From positions 23,854,185 to 23,918,184 of the forward strand of contig NC_068998.1 in assembly GCF_001194135.2 (NCBI RefSeq): DNA of 64,000 nucleotides. Reading direction: 5' to 3'. Under the pieces are notes generated by a model. That model searched no databases. It worked only from the letters and a program-made list of their open reading frames with translations, and was not told the DNA's origin. The position numbers and the translations under genes were made by a program. Positions 42,660-55,365 of this stretch are shown here, one piece after another. Each line of letters begins with the position of its first letter. Positions within the stretch are counted from its first letter, which is position 1. Source of the DNA: Octopus bimaculoides (taxonomy: Eukaryota).

Positions 42660-42860
42660 AGCAGGTACGGTCGTAGTCAATCTTTTACAGAAATGGGTTA
42701 ACTTTACCTCTGAAAGATTGGGTAGTGGTGAGGCAAATTTATCTCCATTATTTCTTATACACTGGAACATCGTGCCCTGTGTTCCGTTTTCATCAAATCA
42801 GACTAGAATCTTTACTTGTCTACTTAATGTGGAAAGGACGAGTTCCACTTGTCACCGGAC
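42660..42860 (+). mobile_element. Tx1-like RT thumb fragment
   Basis: RLESLLVYLMWKGRVPLV is homologous to KLERLLFRFL in the 7312-10480 LINE. Confidence 0.55.
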
Positions 42861-43908
42861 TATGTAATAGCAAAGCATTCTACCAAGATGTAGACAGTGT
42901 GAACCAGTATGCCGTAGTTGACGATATATTGAGGAAATTGAGATATTTTATTGTATTCTGCTTTGAGGACTAATATAGAATTAAATACAGAACATTTGTA
43001 TGTTAAACTAATACTGCATGTAGACCTAAAAGCATTTGAAAGAGAATCAGAAATTGTATTTTACTATAAATCTAAATAGCGTAAAATGAAATCTACATAA
43101 ACTAATACCTACCAACCTGTAATTCTACTTATTTAATATTTAGTAACTAGTTACCATTTATTTGCAATATTAATGCAAGTCTTTGATATATGTGTTACTT
43201 GCAGATAATTAATCAGAGCAAGTTTCACTCGAGAATTACAAAAAAAATTATGTAACAAATTAAAGAGAATTGTATAATACTTTTTCTGGCTGAAATGTGT
43301 GCATGTTTTCTAAGTCAAAAGAAAGAGAATACAGCAATTGTTCACAAAGCAATATGTATGTCAGACAGGAAATTAGGCAGAGAAACTAACAATGAAATGA
43401 AATAGTTATAAAAGAATCAAAGGGAATACTTTAACAAAAATCTGTCTTTTCTTTGTTTAGTTTTAGAAATTCAGTGAAATGGAAACTGGTTTCAGACAAG
43501 AAAACAAATTATATCTTAAATTTCAAAAGACACTGGAAATTCACAAAGAAATATGCAATGAAATGCTTTTCTTTTTTCATATTATCATTTGAAAGCTTTC
43601 AATATGTCAGAATCTAAAGTATGCCAGAATAAATGACTTTCACAGTTTGTTTTCATTTTATATGCTGCGTTCAACATTTCTCATTGTCAATTCTGCTGCT
43701 AAGTATTCCAGAGATAATCAGTTACCACAAGGTTCGGTTTGCCCTTTCAAACTCAATCTGCTCAAAATTGACTCAGTGATACAGCATCTATAATTTTCAA
43801 CTTAATAATGAGAATATTTAGTAAAATATTCCAAATTGTTTAACCTTTATGAAAATAATTTGATAACATTTCAATAAGATATAACACAAAAACGTATTTA
43901 ATATAATA

Positions 43909-45118
43909 TTGGGTTGGCAGCTACGTTCCCGCTGTTTTCTTTCTAAATTTAAATTTTTTAAAAGGTTTAATAAAAAATAACAACTAATTAATCAATAATG
44001 AATTCACCCTTCTTGTTTACAACTTCTTCCCAACATTCAACAAGATTTTCAATACCTCTTTGGTAGAAATGACCCGATTTCGACTCAAAAAACTGATCCA
44101 ACCAAGCTCTCAATTCTGCATCAGTATTGAACGAAACTCCGCGCATAGCATTTGAAAGAGATCGAAAGAGGTGGAAATCCGTTGGTGCCAAATCAGGAAG
44201 GTACGGTGGGTGTGGCAGCAATTTCCAGTCATGCGTTTGCTCGTGCTAACGATTAGGTCTTTTCTCTTGAACAGCCGTGTTGAGTCGTTCCATCTGTTAG
44301 AGTTCCGCGTTGACCGTTTGGTTTCATTCAAGCAATTCGTAATGGATAATCCCTTCCCAGTCCCACCATATGCACAACATCGTTTTACGCGGATGATCTT
44401 GTTTCACGCGCGGTGTCGTTTGTCTACCGGGGTTAAGCCATTCCTTACGCTGTACAGGCACCATTTTTCGTCGCCAGTAACGATTCAGTTGCTTATATCC
44501 ATGAGTTGAGCGGTGTCGAGCAAGCAAACCAGCGTAGATTGTGGCTCGTTGATTTTTGTTGTTGTCACTTAGAGCATGCGGAACCCATGCTCCATATTTC
44601 TGAACCTTTCCCATCGAGTGAAGATGCTTCTCTATAGCAGTGTGAGAGCATTCCGTTTTCTCTGCCAGTTCCCTTGTCGTTTAACGAGAATTTTCGTGCA
44701 AAAGTTAGTCTAATCGCTCTTCATCGAACTCAACTGGACGGCCAGAACGAGGTGCGTATTTGAGGTCAAAATTTCCATCTTTGAACTTGGCAAACCAATC
44801 ACAAGTGGTTCTTTCAGCTATGGCACCCTCTCCATACACAGCACAAATGTCGCGAGCAGCTTTTGCGGCCTTAGAACCTTGATTAAAAGCAAAAAGCAGG
44901 AAGTGTCGAAAATGCTCGTTTTTTTTTTAACTTGACATTCCATTTTAATGATCTTAAAATAAACAAAAATTAACTAAAATTAACTAGAAAAAGAACAAAC
45001 TAGATTCCAAAATGATTCAAAAATAGAATTCTCGAAAAAAATAGATTCCAAACATTAAAAACACAATAAATTCCAAAATTTAAAAAAAAAAACCGCCGGA
45101 ATTTAGTTGCCAACCCAA
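43909..45118 (-). mobile_element. Mariner (DD34D) transposon, near full length, pseudogenised
   Basis: TA-flanked TIRs ttgggttggcagctacgttcccgctg / ccgccggaatttagttgccaacccaa. Motifs: MECQVKK (start 44943), WVPHALS, VTGDEKW, WWDWEGIIHYELL, PHPPYLPDLAPTDFHLFRSL; stop at 43988. Confidence 0.95.
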
Positions 45119-45254
45119 TATTTTCATTCCAGAGAAAAAGCCATGGAAATTGCAGCTCACTCTAATTTCCACTGAGCGGTTGCTGCTCAGATTAAAACAT
45201 ATTAAGCAATTGATTCTATTTGTTACAATAAATAGAATTTTATTTTCTGTTCTA

Positions 45255-45652
45255 AGCACAATGCCCGAAATTTTGGTAGAGGGGGCTAGTCGATTAGATC
45301 GACCCACTATGCGACTGGTACCTAATTTATCGACCCCGAAAAGATAAAAGATCAAGTCGACCTCGGCGGAATTTGAACTCAGAACCTAAAGACAGATGAA
45401 ATACCGCTAAGCATTACGCCCGGCGTGATAATGCTTCTTATTTCTTTACTACCAACAAGGGGCTACACACAGAGGGGACAAACAAGGACAGACAAACGGA
45501 TTAGGTCGATTATATCGACCCCAGTGCGGATTAGGTCGATTATATCGACCCGGAAAGGATGAAAGGCAAAGTCGACCTCGGCGTGACAGCAGACAAAATA
45601 CCGCTAAGCATTTCGCCCGGCGTGCTAACGTTTCTGCCAGTTTGCTGCCTTC
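45255..45652 (-). mobile_element. Two head-to-tail SINE family B copies
   Basis: gtcgacctcggcg...ataccgctaagcatt.cgcccggcgtg occurs twice; the second copy has an internal duplication of about 25 bp. Confidence 0.85.
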
Positions 45653-46447
45653 AACAAATAGAATATTGCACTAAAAATGTATAGAATTATACGCAAATTT
45701 GTTAGTCAAGCTTCCTACCATAAATAAGTTGCATTAATTTGTTATCTGAGAGTGTCTACAAGAGATATAGAGTAAACGGCAAACATTTATTTGGTCTCTT
45801 AGAATATGTTAAACGACTGTCATTGAGGTCTGATTCCGAATGCAAGAGAATTACTCTAAAACTCTAAAACTCTAAAATCGGGGGTAAATGAAGTATATCA
45901 GAGCTGGAAAAATATTTCAGTGTACAATTGAAATGACGTAAGTTTAAGATTCATAGAAAGATATTTTAATGAGATATACATAGCCTTTCTTAGAAGGGTC
46001 AGTTTGACATTATAAAAGCATGCGGATGATGATCGTGATGATGGACATAAAAACATTAAAACAAGTTACGTCACATTTTACTGGGAATCAGCACCCCAAT
46101 ATACTTAATGATAATTATTTATTAAGTTTTCACCACACCAATGATATAAACTGTCTGTAATTTGCTGAACAGTCAGAGCAGCTTAGTTATCTACTACATT
46201 ATTCACAAGTTTTCGGCTATAAACCACACGATTAGATTTGTTTCAAGCATTGCTTCGCCAATAGAGTTTGATTCATTTCCCAATGCATAACAATATATGT
46301 TTCGCACCATATATTTCTTTTCTCTTTTAATTCTATGGCAGTTTTGACCATACAATAAAATGACAGCTTATCAGTTAATATAGTGAGGTTTTATGTATGC
46401 ATGTGTGCTTGTGTGTGCGTGCTTGTGTGTGTTTGTGTGTGTGTTTC

Positions 46448-46486
<39 letters not shown>

Positions 46487-46599
46487 AGGTGTGTAATTCT
46501 TCCGGTTACTTTCTTTCCAGTTAAATGTAATGTCAGCCACGGCATACAAACATAATTTTGCACATTTACGTGATACTTTTATTCCTGAAAGACTATATA

Positions 46600-46829
46600 T
46601 TTCATTATTGCGCACAAGGGGCTAAACATAGAGGCGACAAACAAGGACAGACAAAGGGATTAAGCCCATTACATGGACTCAGTGCGTAACTGGTACTTAT
46701 TTAATCGACCTAGAAAGGATGTAAGGCAAAGTCGATGTCAGCGGAATTTGAACTCTGAACATAATAGCAGACGAAATACCGCTAAGCATTTCGCCCAGCC
46801 TGCTAATGATTCTGCCTGCTCACCGCCCA
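46600..46829 (-). mobile_element. SINE family B, full length
   Basis: From the 3' end ttattgcgcacaaggggct to the head gctcaccgcc. Confidence 0.85.
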
Positions 46830-46850
46830 ATGAAAGACTATATATTGGTG

Positions 46851-46911
<61 letters not shown>

Positions 46912-47812
46912 GTGTGTGTTTGTGTGTGTAAGCAGAGGTATGCGTACGTACGCATGTATCCAGTAATGCTTCAAAATCGAATTGCACTATAAACACTGCA
47001 AGTTTCTGAAAGATGCAGCTGTTACCTGGAGAGCAATATTGAGTAACTGATGTTGCCGCTGCTGCTTCTTTCTGCTGTAGTTATTTTTATTGTTATTCAG
47101 CCCAGGTCACACTTACTCGAGAAAACATAAAATCAAAGGCCAATGACCATTCTCTTCGCTCATTTATTTTCAAAATGATATCCATCTTGTACTTTGGATA
47201 TTATATCATGCGGATTAAGTGATCCCACTTTAAGTATTGTGGTAGACGACTGTGCTACACATTCTTGAATGTTCAGAAACGATTAACTAAATTTTTTTTA
47301 AAAACTGACTTTAGCTAAGGTGGTATGGAATTCCTTCCTTCCATTTTCTTGCCATAGAGCAACTATAATTTTATGAACAAGTATTAGTAGATAGTTCAAA
47401 ATGGCAAAGTTATCAAATCCCAGATGCATACTCTGAAATAAAATATGGGACGGCCTTAGTTAGAATATCTTCGTTTACAGGTGTACTCAATCATGAATGA
47501 CCTGGAGCTAAAAAGTTACAAACAATAAAGCAACCTAAGATGCCAATAAAGGAGCCAGTTCATTGATTTCTATTCCTAATAAGCTACAGCAAATATGTCT
47601 CAAATTATGCATTTTCTCTCTTCAAAAATGGAAGAATGTATTAGAATATTAAGGACCTTGACGTACGATGACCCGACAAATAGCAGAATGATCACTTCCG
47701 GAACGCTTTCAATCAGAGTTGATTTGAAGCCTGGGGTTCAGCAACAATAACCAAGAATGCATTAATTAAAATGTTGCGTAACGATGCTTCATTTCTGATT
47801 GATATATTGGTT

Positions 47813-48018
47813 TTAAATTTTGGCACAATGCCAGCCAGCAATTTCGAGGTAGAGGGTAAGTCGATTACATCAATCCTAGTGCTTTACTGATGCTTATTCT
47901 ATCGGCCCTGGAAGAATGGCAAAGTTGACCTCGGCGGAATTTGAACTCAGAATTTAAAGATGAACAGAATGCCGCTAAGCATTTTGTCCAGGGTGCTAAC
48001 GATTCTGCCAGCTCACTA
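47813..48018 (-). mobile_element. SINE family B copy
   Basis: aagtcgattac..gacctcggcggaatttgaactcagaa..gccgctaagcattttgtcc..gattctgccagctc. Confidence 0.8.
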
Positions 48019-48032
48019 CGCCATATGCCCAC

Positions 48033-48305
48033 GGGCATATGGCGCAGTGGTTAGGAGCGCGGGCTACTAACCCCAAGATTCCGAGTTCGATTCCATGCAG
48101 TGACCTGAATAATAACAATAATAATAATAACATCGAAAAAAAATACCTTAGGAATGAGAACCTAGGTTCGAAATTTCCCCAAGACACCTGATGAAGGCTG
48201 GAGTGTATATCAGCCGAAACGCTGTGGTAACAACAAACAAGATGAGGACAAATATCCGTCGAATGTAAATAATGTACATAATTCCTCATCTCTTAAATAT
48301 AGAAC
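48033..48305 (+). mobile_element. tRNA-headed SINE-like element containing a hammerhead ribozyme motif
   Basis: A box tggcgcagtgg (48040), B box gagttcgattcc (about 48082), (AAT)n linker, hammerhead core at 48183-48228, and a 3' hairpin agatgagga...tcctcatct. Confidence 0.75.
48183..48228 (+). ncRNA. Type I hammerhead ribozyme motif (probably mutated in this copy)
   Basis: gacac-CTGATGA(48188)-a-ggctg[gagtgtatat]cagcc-GAAAC-gct-gtggt. Core boxes are conserved, stem II is 5 bp, stem I is partial. The cleavage triplet reads GCT instead of GTH. Confidence 0.7.
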
Positions 48306-49069
48306 TCTAAACTGTAATGTTAGACTTATTGTGATGCACCTATCATATACACAGCGACTATGTTAAATAATCGAAAAGTTGTGATAACTGTTTTTAATAC
48401 CTGTCCAAAAGACTTATAAGTCAGTTTAAGAAGAGCTGGCGTCTGAAGAATGTTAATAACAACAAGGAAACCTACATCCTCATTGGTTCTATGAAAACTC
48501 ACATTAATTTTTTTGACAATGATTATTTCATTTATATTTTCGACTTATTACAAAAACAAACTCTGAACTAACAAAAAACGCATACTGATCTTCTTTTAAA
48601 GACTTAAATAAACTACGTGAATTTCCAATTGGCTTTAATACAACCATTCATTTCAAACAGTAAAAGTAAAAGAAAAAATATTTATTTATTATTTCATTAT
48701 TTATTTGTGATTTTTTGTGCAATTTTTCAGACTTGATTTATGTCAAGAAAGTTTTTCTTCCATATAAAATATGCAACTCACGAAGATTATTTGTGGCCAA
48801 TGCCTGAAATAAGTGGGAAAGCATCAGATGTATCAAAAAATACTGTTAAAATACAATCTGTATTTCTTTTATTTCTTTCGCAATTTGAAATAATTGACAC
48901 CTCACTTAAATATCTCTTATTGATTGTGAAGTGTTTGGCAAAACTGTCAAAATATTTCGATAAATCAATGTTTGATCATTAAAATTCAGAACACTATCAT
49001 TACCAAAATTTTAATCAGCATCTTGTAATGGGCCACACAAAGAAAGTTGCAATATTAGATGTTTTTAAT

Positions 49070-50761
49070 GTTTTCTCAAAAATTTAAAAAGTTGAAATTT
49101 GAATTAACATTTCTAAATAAAATGAATAAGAAAGAATATTTTTATCACTTTTGATATATTTGAAATTTGTCTTTATTTTTCCTCTCTAACCACCAACCTA
49201 CACAGACTATAGTAAAACCAGTTTGCTATGGTTGCAATGATGTGGAAGCTTCTCATTCATCAATTCAACTCTCTTTATTCTGATGATATTGATAACAAAC
49301 ACTTTCACCGGTTTAGCGGCAATACTGGCTGTTTCCTTTGCATTTGGTTCAAAAGTATATGTATTTAACAGCGATTTGTATTTCTGCTCCTTCATTTCTT
49401 TGTCACATGCTCATCTCCGTCTGATCATTTGCAGGACAAATCTCAACGTCCAAATTGTGGTTATCAACAAATGTATCGGCGCCAGTTGCATTGCACAACA
49501 AGTGACTCAACGCATACGTGAAACAAATCATCTGAGATTGCTGATATTCACGAAAAAATAAAAGAGGAAGATCTATTTTATAAATCTGTTTCTCATTCTT
49601 ATTGTTGCTATTATCACTAAAATTCCCTTTCATCACAAAAGGATTAGATTTTTATTGGACAACTGGTACAAAGAATGTTCAAGAATAACGGATGCTGTGA
49701 GAAATAGTTGAGATCGATTCAGCTGTGTGCTCTCTGTATGATAAAAATCACTTCACGGTCAACACTTTCAAAAGCAAACGGTTCCTTGTATGAGTATCAC
49801 AAAACTGTTTACTAGATGTTAATGCATACACTCTTATAGTGGTAGCGTCACATGACTATTGCGTTTTAATCCAAGAAATATTTGACTGGTTTCAGGCTTA
49901 TACCTTTTCAGATTTTATAGGGGGAAACGTTCTACTAGTTAGGAGGTGCATCTGGGGAAAGGCAACACGCTCGAAGGTCTTGGAATGTTGAAGTATGATG
50001 CACTAGTACGTACTGAGTCCAAGACAACCGCAAAAATTCTTAGCCTAAAAGTGTAGAGGAATAATTTATTCGATCAAAAGCGATGCTACTAGATGTTTAC
50101 TGCATTCCACCAGCTAAACAATGCAAGTGATACAATATCTACCCACAAATCTTATAAAAAGTGGATGTTGTGTACGCTTAATAATGGTCCAGTCTAAATA
50201 CACTTTCTGGAGGGCCTTCATGTCAGAAATTATGGATGATTTCCAGATCTCTCTTCCTTGGTCTGACAGTCTAGACAGAAAGTTCTTTGATAATTTGGAG
50301 TAAACTCTATAAGCACTGTTTTGTTAAAGACATCAATAACCACGTGCGCAAGAGGCACACGGGATAATGAATCCATCAGGATTACATGCATTGTCTATGT
50401 ATTGGGTCATGTTAACAGTTCGTGACAACATCGAGGGTACTAATGAAACTTGTTAAAAACCTTTAACACTGCTTCAGTTGTTGCATGATACGCGCAGTTC
50501 TGGCAAAGGTATGATCAAGAATTTTCTCGAAAATTTAAAAAGTTGAAATTTGAATTAATATTTCTAAATAAAATGAATAAGAAAGAATATTTTTATCACT
50601 TTTGATATATTTGAAATTTGTCTTTATTTTTCCTCTCTAACCACCAACCCACACAGACTATAGTAAAACCAGTTTGCTATGGTTGCAATGATGTGGAAGC
50701 TTCTCATTCATCAATTCAATTATCTTTATTCCGATGATATTGGTAACAAAAACTTTCACTG
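49070..50761. repeat. About 240-bp direct repeat (49070-49311 and 50521-50761)
   Basis: ttttctc.aaaatttaaaaagttgaaatttg...ctatagtaaaaccagtttgc...actttcac.g occurs twice with only about 10 substitutions by eye. Confidence 0.9.
49640..50470 (-). mobile_element. Possible degraded piggyBac-like transposase remnant
   Basis: Minus strand reads ACNPDGFI, PLAHVVIDV and YRVYS..LSRLSDQG, a weak match to PGBD motif order. Confidence 0.3.
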
Positions 50762-50789
50762 TAGAAGAAAGAAAAGAAAATTGGCATTT

Positions 50790-52350
50790 TTAAAAATCGT
50801 TATCACAACCCTTAGTAATGCTTTCGTCGCCATCAGAGGAGCCACTAGAACTCAAATCCTCATCTGAATCATCTCTATTTTTATCATCAGCATCTTCCAT
50901 AGACTTGATGTTTTCCCATAGTCTTCTCAGATTCCTATTTCCTTTATCGATGCATTCTTGTACAGTATTTGCTTTCATATGATTAAAAGCACTTTCAAAC
51001 GATGAAGTACATCTTTGAATGTAGTGTCGGTTGTGTACTGCCTACCAACCTCTCATTTTACAACAGCCCAGTCAATCTCACTTGGTTGCAAAATCCGAGT
51101 AATGAGGTAGTGAAAATATCACTTCATGTCCTCTACTTTGAGCCATTCTTGCGATAACAGCAATTACCTTATCTTGGATATACAGATGCTGTTTATCCCA
51201 TGACATGTTTTCGTGTCGTTGCTATCAAAGCCCGTTCCGTATTTTGCATACGCTTCTTGCAGTATTTCTCCCTTGTCGTTCTTTCTCGACGTATTTTCGG
51301 GTGGCCGTTTATGGTACTTGGCATTGTCCATCACGATAAGAGCAATGAATATATTTCTCCCCTTCAAAGACTGCAATAACTGCCTCATCCATTTGACGAA
51401 AATATTCGTGATCAGATAAGTCATGGTAATCCTTCGTTTGCTTTTTTCCCCCTTCAAAGATATCAAGGGTATCCATCCTGTTGTTCATCCTTGATCTTCT
51501 GGAATATTATGATCGGCATCTATAGTTGCAGCAATGAAACAATATCGTTGTTCGTTGTGGCATCCAATAGTTGTAAGATGTTGCTCATCATTTGGCTCGT
51601 ACAATGAAAACTTGTGCCGACGGAAGTTCTTGTGAATGTAGCTTTCGTCCATATAAACAATCTTCAGACTTTTCCCTCCTTTTACTTTAATCATTCGCTT
51701 GACATGTTGGTCACGCATGAGCGAAATGTGTTCTCTTGTGCGATAGCTTTTACTTCCTTTCTTTCCTCGTTTTGTAACACTTGGACACTAGATATCTTTG
51801 AACAACATGCAACCCATTATTCATGGACGTTGTGCTCGAACAATCCAAAGTCATAAAACCTTTGCTTACAAAAGGATCGAGAATGTCCTTTGTCTAAGTT
51901 CATGTTCTTGTTACTCTTCTTTCCCTAATTCTTGCAATGCAATGGTAGCGTATCAGCAATTGAGAATTACTCCTGGTTTTGCACTTCGATTTCCTGCAAC
52001 AACCCTTGTGTTTGCTGTATTCGCTTGTATATATTCTTTCCGTATGTTCTTCACAAGGGCTTCATTTCGTTGTAACATCTTCGCAATTGTTTTGCTGATG
52101 TTTGGAGTTCCAACATTTCGACCAGCTCTCACTTTCTTTTGCTTCTCCTCATGCTCGTGTCGAAGATAAGTTTGTAATTGTAGAATATACTCAAGTCAGG
52201 GGAATGACTACCTCTTACAAAAGTCGTAACTGCGTCCAACATGCCTTTACCAACAGTAATTGTGCCAATACACCCCTTCCCTACGTCATTTTCATCATTT
52301 CTCCGCTTTGGCATAGTATTTGAATTTGGCGTTCCATCCGGTTTCTTCAT
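50790..52350 (-). pseudogene. IS630/Tc1-superfamily DD82E (Sailor-like) transposase, frameshifted
   Basis: VYMDESYIH, RYCFIAA, LDIFEGGKKQTKDYH, IVMDNAKYH, RGHEVIFSLPHYSDLQPSEIDWAVVK. Hand count gives 82 residues between the second D and the E after fixing two frameshifts. Confidence 0.85.
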
Positions 52351-52479
52351 TTGTTCTGTAGACAGAGAGTGTTAGGACGTTAAGGTCATACATACTTCGA
52401 CTTACATTCTTAACAGGTGTGCAGTAACATACAAAAACATAGTTCTATTCTCAAATATAATTAAAATACCTTACAGAGA

Positions 52480-54480
52480 GGAAACAGATTAATTAGCATA
52501 AGGACTTCGCAGCTGAAGTAGTGAAGATGAAGCAAAACGTGCAGGCTAAGCCCGCGCATATACGCTGCTTCGATAAACTATCCAAGTTCTTCAAAGATAA
52601 CAGCATGTTTCAAAATAATCTAATGAAGTTCTATAGGAATATCGGAAAAAGCACCATCAGAGCCTGAAATACTGAATTTTTAAGGAAAATTTGGGCACAA
52701 CTCTGATGCGCCATGGGTTACTTGACAACAAAAGACACTGAGGTTATAGAACAGCAAATACGGGAAAGGCTATATGTAGATGCCATGCATTAAAAAAGCC
52801 CAGTAAATAGAAGCGTCCTGGTATAGATAAGATTCCATACTACTGGTTCAGTGTGTTTACAGACTTACACAAAAAAACTAACTTTTTGCTGCAACACAAT
52901 TATGAAAGAACCGCAGGTGACTCCAGAATAGCTGGTCAATGGAATCACTTTTTGCTCGCAAAAAATTATGAAACAAAATAATCTTTATAATTAAAATCCC
53001 ATAACGTGCCTTACAACAATGTAGAAATGCATTATATCTCTCCTTATTGAATGCAAATATGCTTTTCGCACGAACAAAAGGTATGTAAATGCGGGTCTTG
53101 TAGAAGAAGGAATCAACTGTTAATTAACAAAATGGTCATGAGGATTGTCACAACAGGAAAAATACATCTTTCAGTGGCCTGGATATACAATAAGAAGGCC
53201 TTTGATAGTCGTCTTCGAAAGCGGATACAGAAACGCTTGGAAATGTTCAAACTTCCACCAGTAATCATGGATTTTGTATCTCACGTCTTGAAGCTCTGGG
53301 AAAGGATTTCAATTCTCAAGATGACACTACAAATATAAATGTTGAGCAACTCAATGTTAATCGTGGAATCTTTCAAGGAGACTCATTAGTTCCTTTGTTA
53401 TTCTGCTTAGTAAACACCTGAATAAAATAAATTATGGAAACAGGGTGTATGGAAAAACAGTTAATTATCTCCTCTATATGGATGACCTGAAACTCTTCGC
53501 GAAAAAGGATTAACAACCAGCAATCCTACACAATTTACTGATGATTTCAAAATGGAATTTGGGATAGACAAATGTGCCATGGCTACATTCACTGCGAAGA
53601 TAAAATAATTAGAACCTCAGAGTAGTTATAAGTATCTGGGAATATGTTAAGGAGATGTGATTAAATACACACTAATGAGAGAAAAGATAAGGAACGTGTA
53701 CTACCGAAGAATAAGAAGCATTCTGAATCCCGAGCTGAACGTCAGAAAGAAAATCGAAGCCATGAACACATTAACCATGCACATAATCACATACATTTTC
53801 ACCCTCTGTCAGAATACGAAATCTAATGACAATGCATCGTAAATATCACCAAAAAACAGATACAGACTGAATATATCTCCTGAGAAAAGAAGGCGCTCGA
53901 GGGTTCATACAGTCTCAACTCTCATTGAAAATTGCAACTATTGGACTGCCAGCCTGCTTGCAACAAGCGAAACGACTGAATGTTAAACTGGTTCTGAAAC
54001 ATGAGACCTCAATAATTTACACTCAGTGACGAAAAACACGAAAATGTTCCTCCGAGATATGTAATTAGAACCAGTACCCAAAGAAAATGTGACTACGACA
54101 GTCAAAGCAAAACAAACATAAAATGTTGCCAAGCAAATCATCCTTTTATATATTTAGGAGATATGGGAGCAAATACCGCTGCATGGAAGACAGCAGGCTA
54201 GAATGAGAGATGGCCCTGCTGTAGATCAAACCATTACTCATCCGTAGCTGTCATGCTGTTGTCTAAAATGAGAATTCGAAGGACTATATCATTGCTGGTC
54301 AGGTTCAGACCCTTCTGATTAGGAATTACCTGAGTAATGTACTGATATATGAAATCAGATCATTATGCCACATATGCGGAGACCGCCCAGTAACACTCAA
54401 TGACATAATGTCTGGATGCAGCAGACTGACACCAATAGAACACTTGCAAAGGCATGGCAGGGAAGCTCAGTATATACACT
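52480..54480 (+). mobile_element. R4-clade LINE, degraded
   Basis: NQLLINKM..LSVAWIYNKKAFDS; GIFQGDSLVPLLFCL; LLYMDDLKLFAK; EFGIDKCA; YYRRIRSILNPELNVRKKIEAMNT; CHICGD (CCHC region). Confidence 0.85.
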
Positions 54481-54581
54481 TGTCAATATATTGCACATAC
54501 AAAGTCACTAACAAGAAAAATGCATGAGAACACAAGCCAAGATAAGTTGCCCAAAATGCCGAGGTTACCATTCATTAGAAT

Positions 54582-54635
<54 letters not shown>

Positions 54636-54645
54636 NNNNNNNNNN

Positions 54646-54693
<48 letters not shown>

Positions 54694-54729
54694 TATAAGT
54701 GTAGAGTAAATATATAAGCACGACATCCC

Positions 54730-55250
54730 AAAATTATAACGCTGAAACCAAAAGTTTCTTTCGATCTTGAGCATCAGATGTGAACACTATATGACAAGCA
54801 ACAAAGTCCTGGTAAAAGACAGCAGTCGAAGTATGGAATCGTTGAGCAAGAAGCATCATCTCCGATGGTCAGGACATGTAATAAGAATGGAAGAGTCAAG
54901 GTACCCAGGCCAAGTCTTATTTAGTCACTTCGGGAAGAAGACTACGGAGTTGTCCGCTCCGAAAATACAAGGACCAACTCAAAGCAACAATAAAAGCCAT
55001 TAGATTTGAGCCTAACTTGTTTGAAACACAAGCCTGAGACCGTACCAAGTGGCGGCGTTCCATTACCATCGGAACTAAAAACTGCGAAGCCACAAGAAGA
55101 GAAATGGATGGAATCAAATGACAAGGGAGAAAGGCTCAACAAAATAAACCTCGTTTTCCACCGAATTGCCATACAGTCAAATCGATTGACTCTTCTATGC
55201 AAGAATTAGTCCACGGATTCATCAACGGCAACACCATAAAGGAAACGTTC
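54730..55250 (+). mobile_element. RTE-like LINE C-terminal fragment
   Basis: HLRWSGHVIRMEESRYPGQVLFS...YKDQLKATIK...DRTKWRRSI. Confidence 0.75.
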
Positions 55251-55325
55251 GGCAAAGGTGAAAATAAATACTCGGATACATGATAAAGCCAATGACGACA
55301 ATACATACATACAAACATACATACA

Positions 55326-55365
<40 letters not shown>

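Noticed and set aside
48033-48105. Functional tRNA gene (ACT anticodon loop)
   Set aside because: The acceptor stem does not pair (gggcata vs gtgacc), and the sequence continues into a SINE body; it is a tRNA-derived head.
50760-52440. TIRs for the Sailor-like element
   Set aside because: No inverted match was found between the two ends.
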